Source: a virus
Direction: 5' to 3' (one strand)
Virus record (IMG/VR): IMGVR_UViG_3300045988_048678
Span: 1-5,722 of that record
DNA: 5,722 nucleotides
Part shown: positions 5,074 to 5,722 of the stretch, in pieces
Layout: every line of letters starts with the position of its first letter
How positions within the stretch are numbered: the first letter of the stretch is position 1
Made by a program: the position numbers and the translations under genes
Notes under the pieces: generated by a model
Told to the model about the DNA's origin: nothing
Seen by the model: the letters and a program-made list of their open reading frames with translations, nothing else
The model's database searches: none

Positions 5074-5722
5074 TTATACTTCCTCCCTGATAAGCTTTTT
5101 CATGCGTTCTTGCATTTTTTTGTCTTTCAGGTTATAATATTCTTGCATGGTTAGGCCGGTCTGTTTGAGCTGAGCAAATAGTGCATCGTTCGCGATTCTT
5201 CGTCTTTCGCGTTTGATGGCTTTCAGTTCTTCGGATTCGGCTTTTTCTGTTGTTTCTTCGATTTCTTTTTCCTGTTTTTCTGTAAGTGGTTTTGCGTTTG
5301 AGTGTTCCAGATCGAAGAGTTTATCAAAGTATCTTGGCGGCTTACAAATTTTTCCGTTTTTTAGTTGGATTTGGTCTTTACTGTAAATCTCTTCTGCATG
5401 GTCGTAGTAATATCTTGCACCGATTCCCGGTTTTAGTGACATTCTGTTGTCTTCTGGTAGAATTCCTAGTTCTTTGTAAAATTCTTCTCCTTCTTTTCCA
5501 TAAATTTTTTTTGTGGTGTATCCTGCTGTGTAAGACATTGAATTCCATGTTGCTGGTGATAGAACCACGAACCCAAGACCCCATACTTTTTGGATCCATT
5601 CACAGTTGTAGTATACAGCTCCTTTTTTGCGTTTGTATTCTTTCAGTTCATCTTTTTCAATTGGTAAATCATATACGATTGCATGGTAGTGAGGTCTGTG
5701 CGTTGTTCCGCCGTATTCTCCG
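5074..5722 (-). CDS. VP4: Replication initiation protein VP4, C-terminal part (197 codons to the TAA at 5076..5074); total length about 372 aa
   Basis: The frame is open from the window edge and in phase with the 1..525 segment, because 5667 is divisible by 3. RCR motif III with the two catalytic tyrosines (SYTAGYTTKKIY, compare phiX174 gpA Y-x3-Y-xxKK) is at about 5506-5532. The 'M' that the track shows at 5568 is an internal GTG (Val). Confidence 0.9.
   Translation of the reverse strand, partial: GEYGGTTHRPHYHAIVYDLPIEKDELKEYKRKKGAVYYNCEWIQKVWGLGFVVLSPATWNSMSYTAGYTTKKIYGKEGEEFYKELGILPEDNRMSLKPGIGARYYYDHAEEIYSKDQIQLKNGKICKPPRYFDKLFDLEHSNAKPLTEKQEKEIEETTEKAESEELKAIKRERRRIANDALFAQLKQTGLTMQEYYNLKDKKMQERMKKLIREEV
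5668..5722. repeat. Second copy of the terminal redundancy (equals 1-55)
   Basis: Identical to positions 1-55. Confidence 0.9.

Noticed and set aside
5378-5599. 73-aa Arg-rich ORF in an alternative frame inside VP4
   Set aside because: The position is reminiscent of phiX174 gene B or K inside A. It lacks an RBS and looks like a frame artefact of the Lys/Glu-rich VP4 region.
1-5722. Integrated prophage, tRNA, rRNA or CRISPR content
   Set aside because: Both window ends fall within the same Rep gene and are identical, so there is no host flank. No tRNA-like cloverleaf regions, no rRNA-like stretches and no regularly spaced direct repeats were seen.

Overview
The window is one complete circular genome of a gokushovirus-like Microviridae ssDNA phage, unit length 5667 nt. 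Bases 1-55 are identical to bases 5668-5722, so the window is a circle read 55 nt past its start. Every credible gene lies on the minus strand. Going 5' to 3' on that strand (decreasing coordinates, wrapping at 1/5667) the order is: a perfect-consensus sigma70-type promoter (906..879) with a palindromic operator-like site; a 56-aa ribbon-helix-helix-like small ORF; an 18-bp perfect hairpin; the replication initiator VP4, which spans the junction (525..1 joined to 5667..5074) and has the HUH rolling-circle motifs; a 71-aa ORF; a GC-rich compound hairpin; an intrinsic terminator made of a stem-loop plus a 14-nt homopolymer; a cluster of small Shine-Dalgarno-led ORFs (13, 40, 67 and 83 aa); an acidic VP3-like protein; the major capsid protein VP1 (547 aa, unambiguous); and a low-complexity minor capsid/pilot protein VP2 (321 aa). 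Plus-strand ORFs in the track read as antisense shadows. No tRNA, rRNA, CRISPR or integrase is visible. The non-canonical material is the small-gene accessory region (4250-5070), the promoter/operator/small-regulator cassette upstream of VP4, and the structured non-coding segments.
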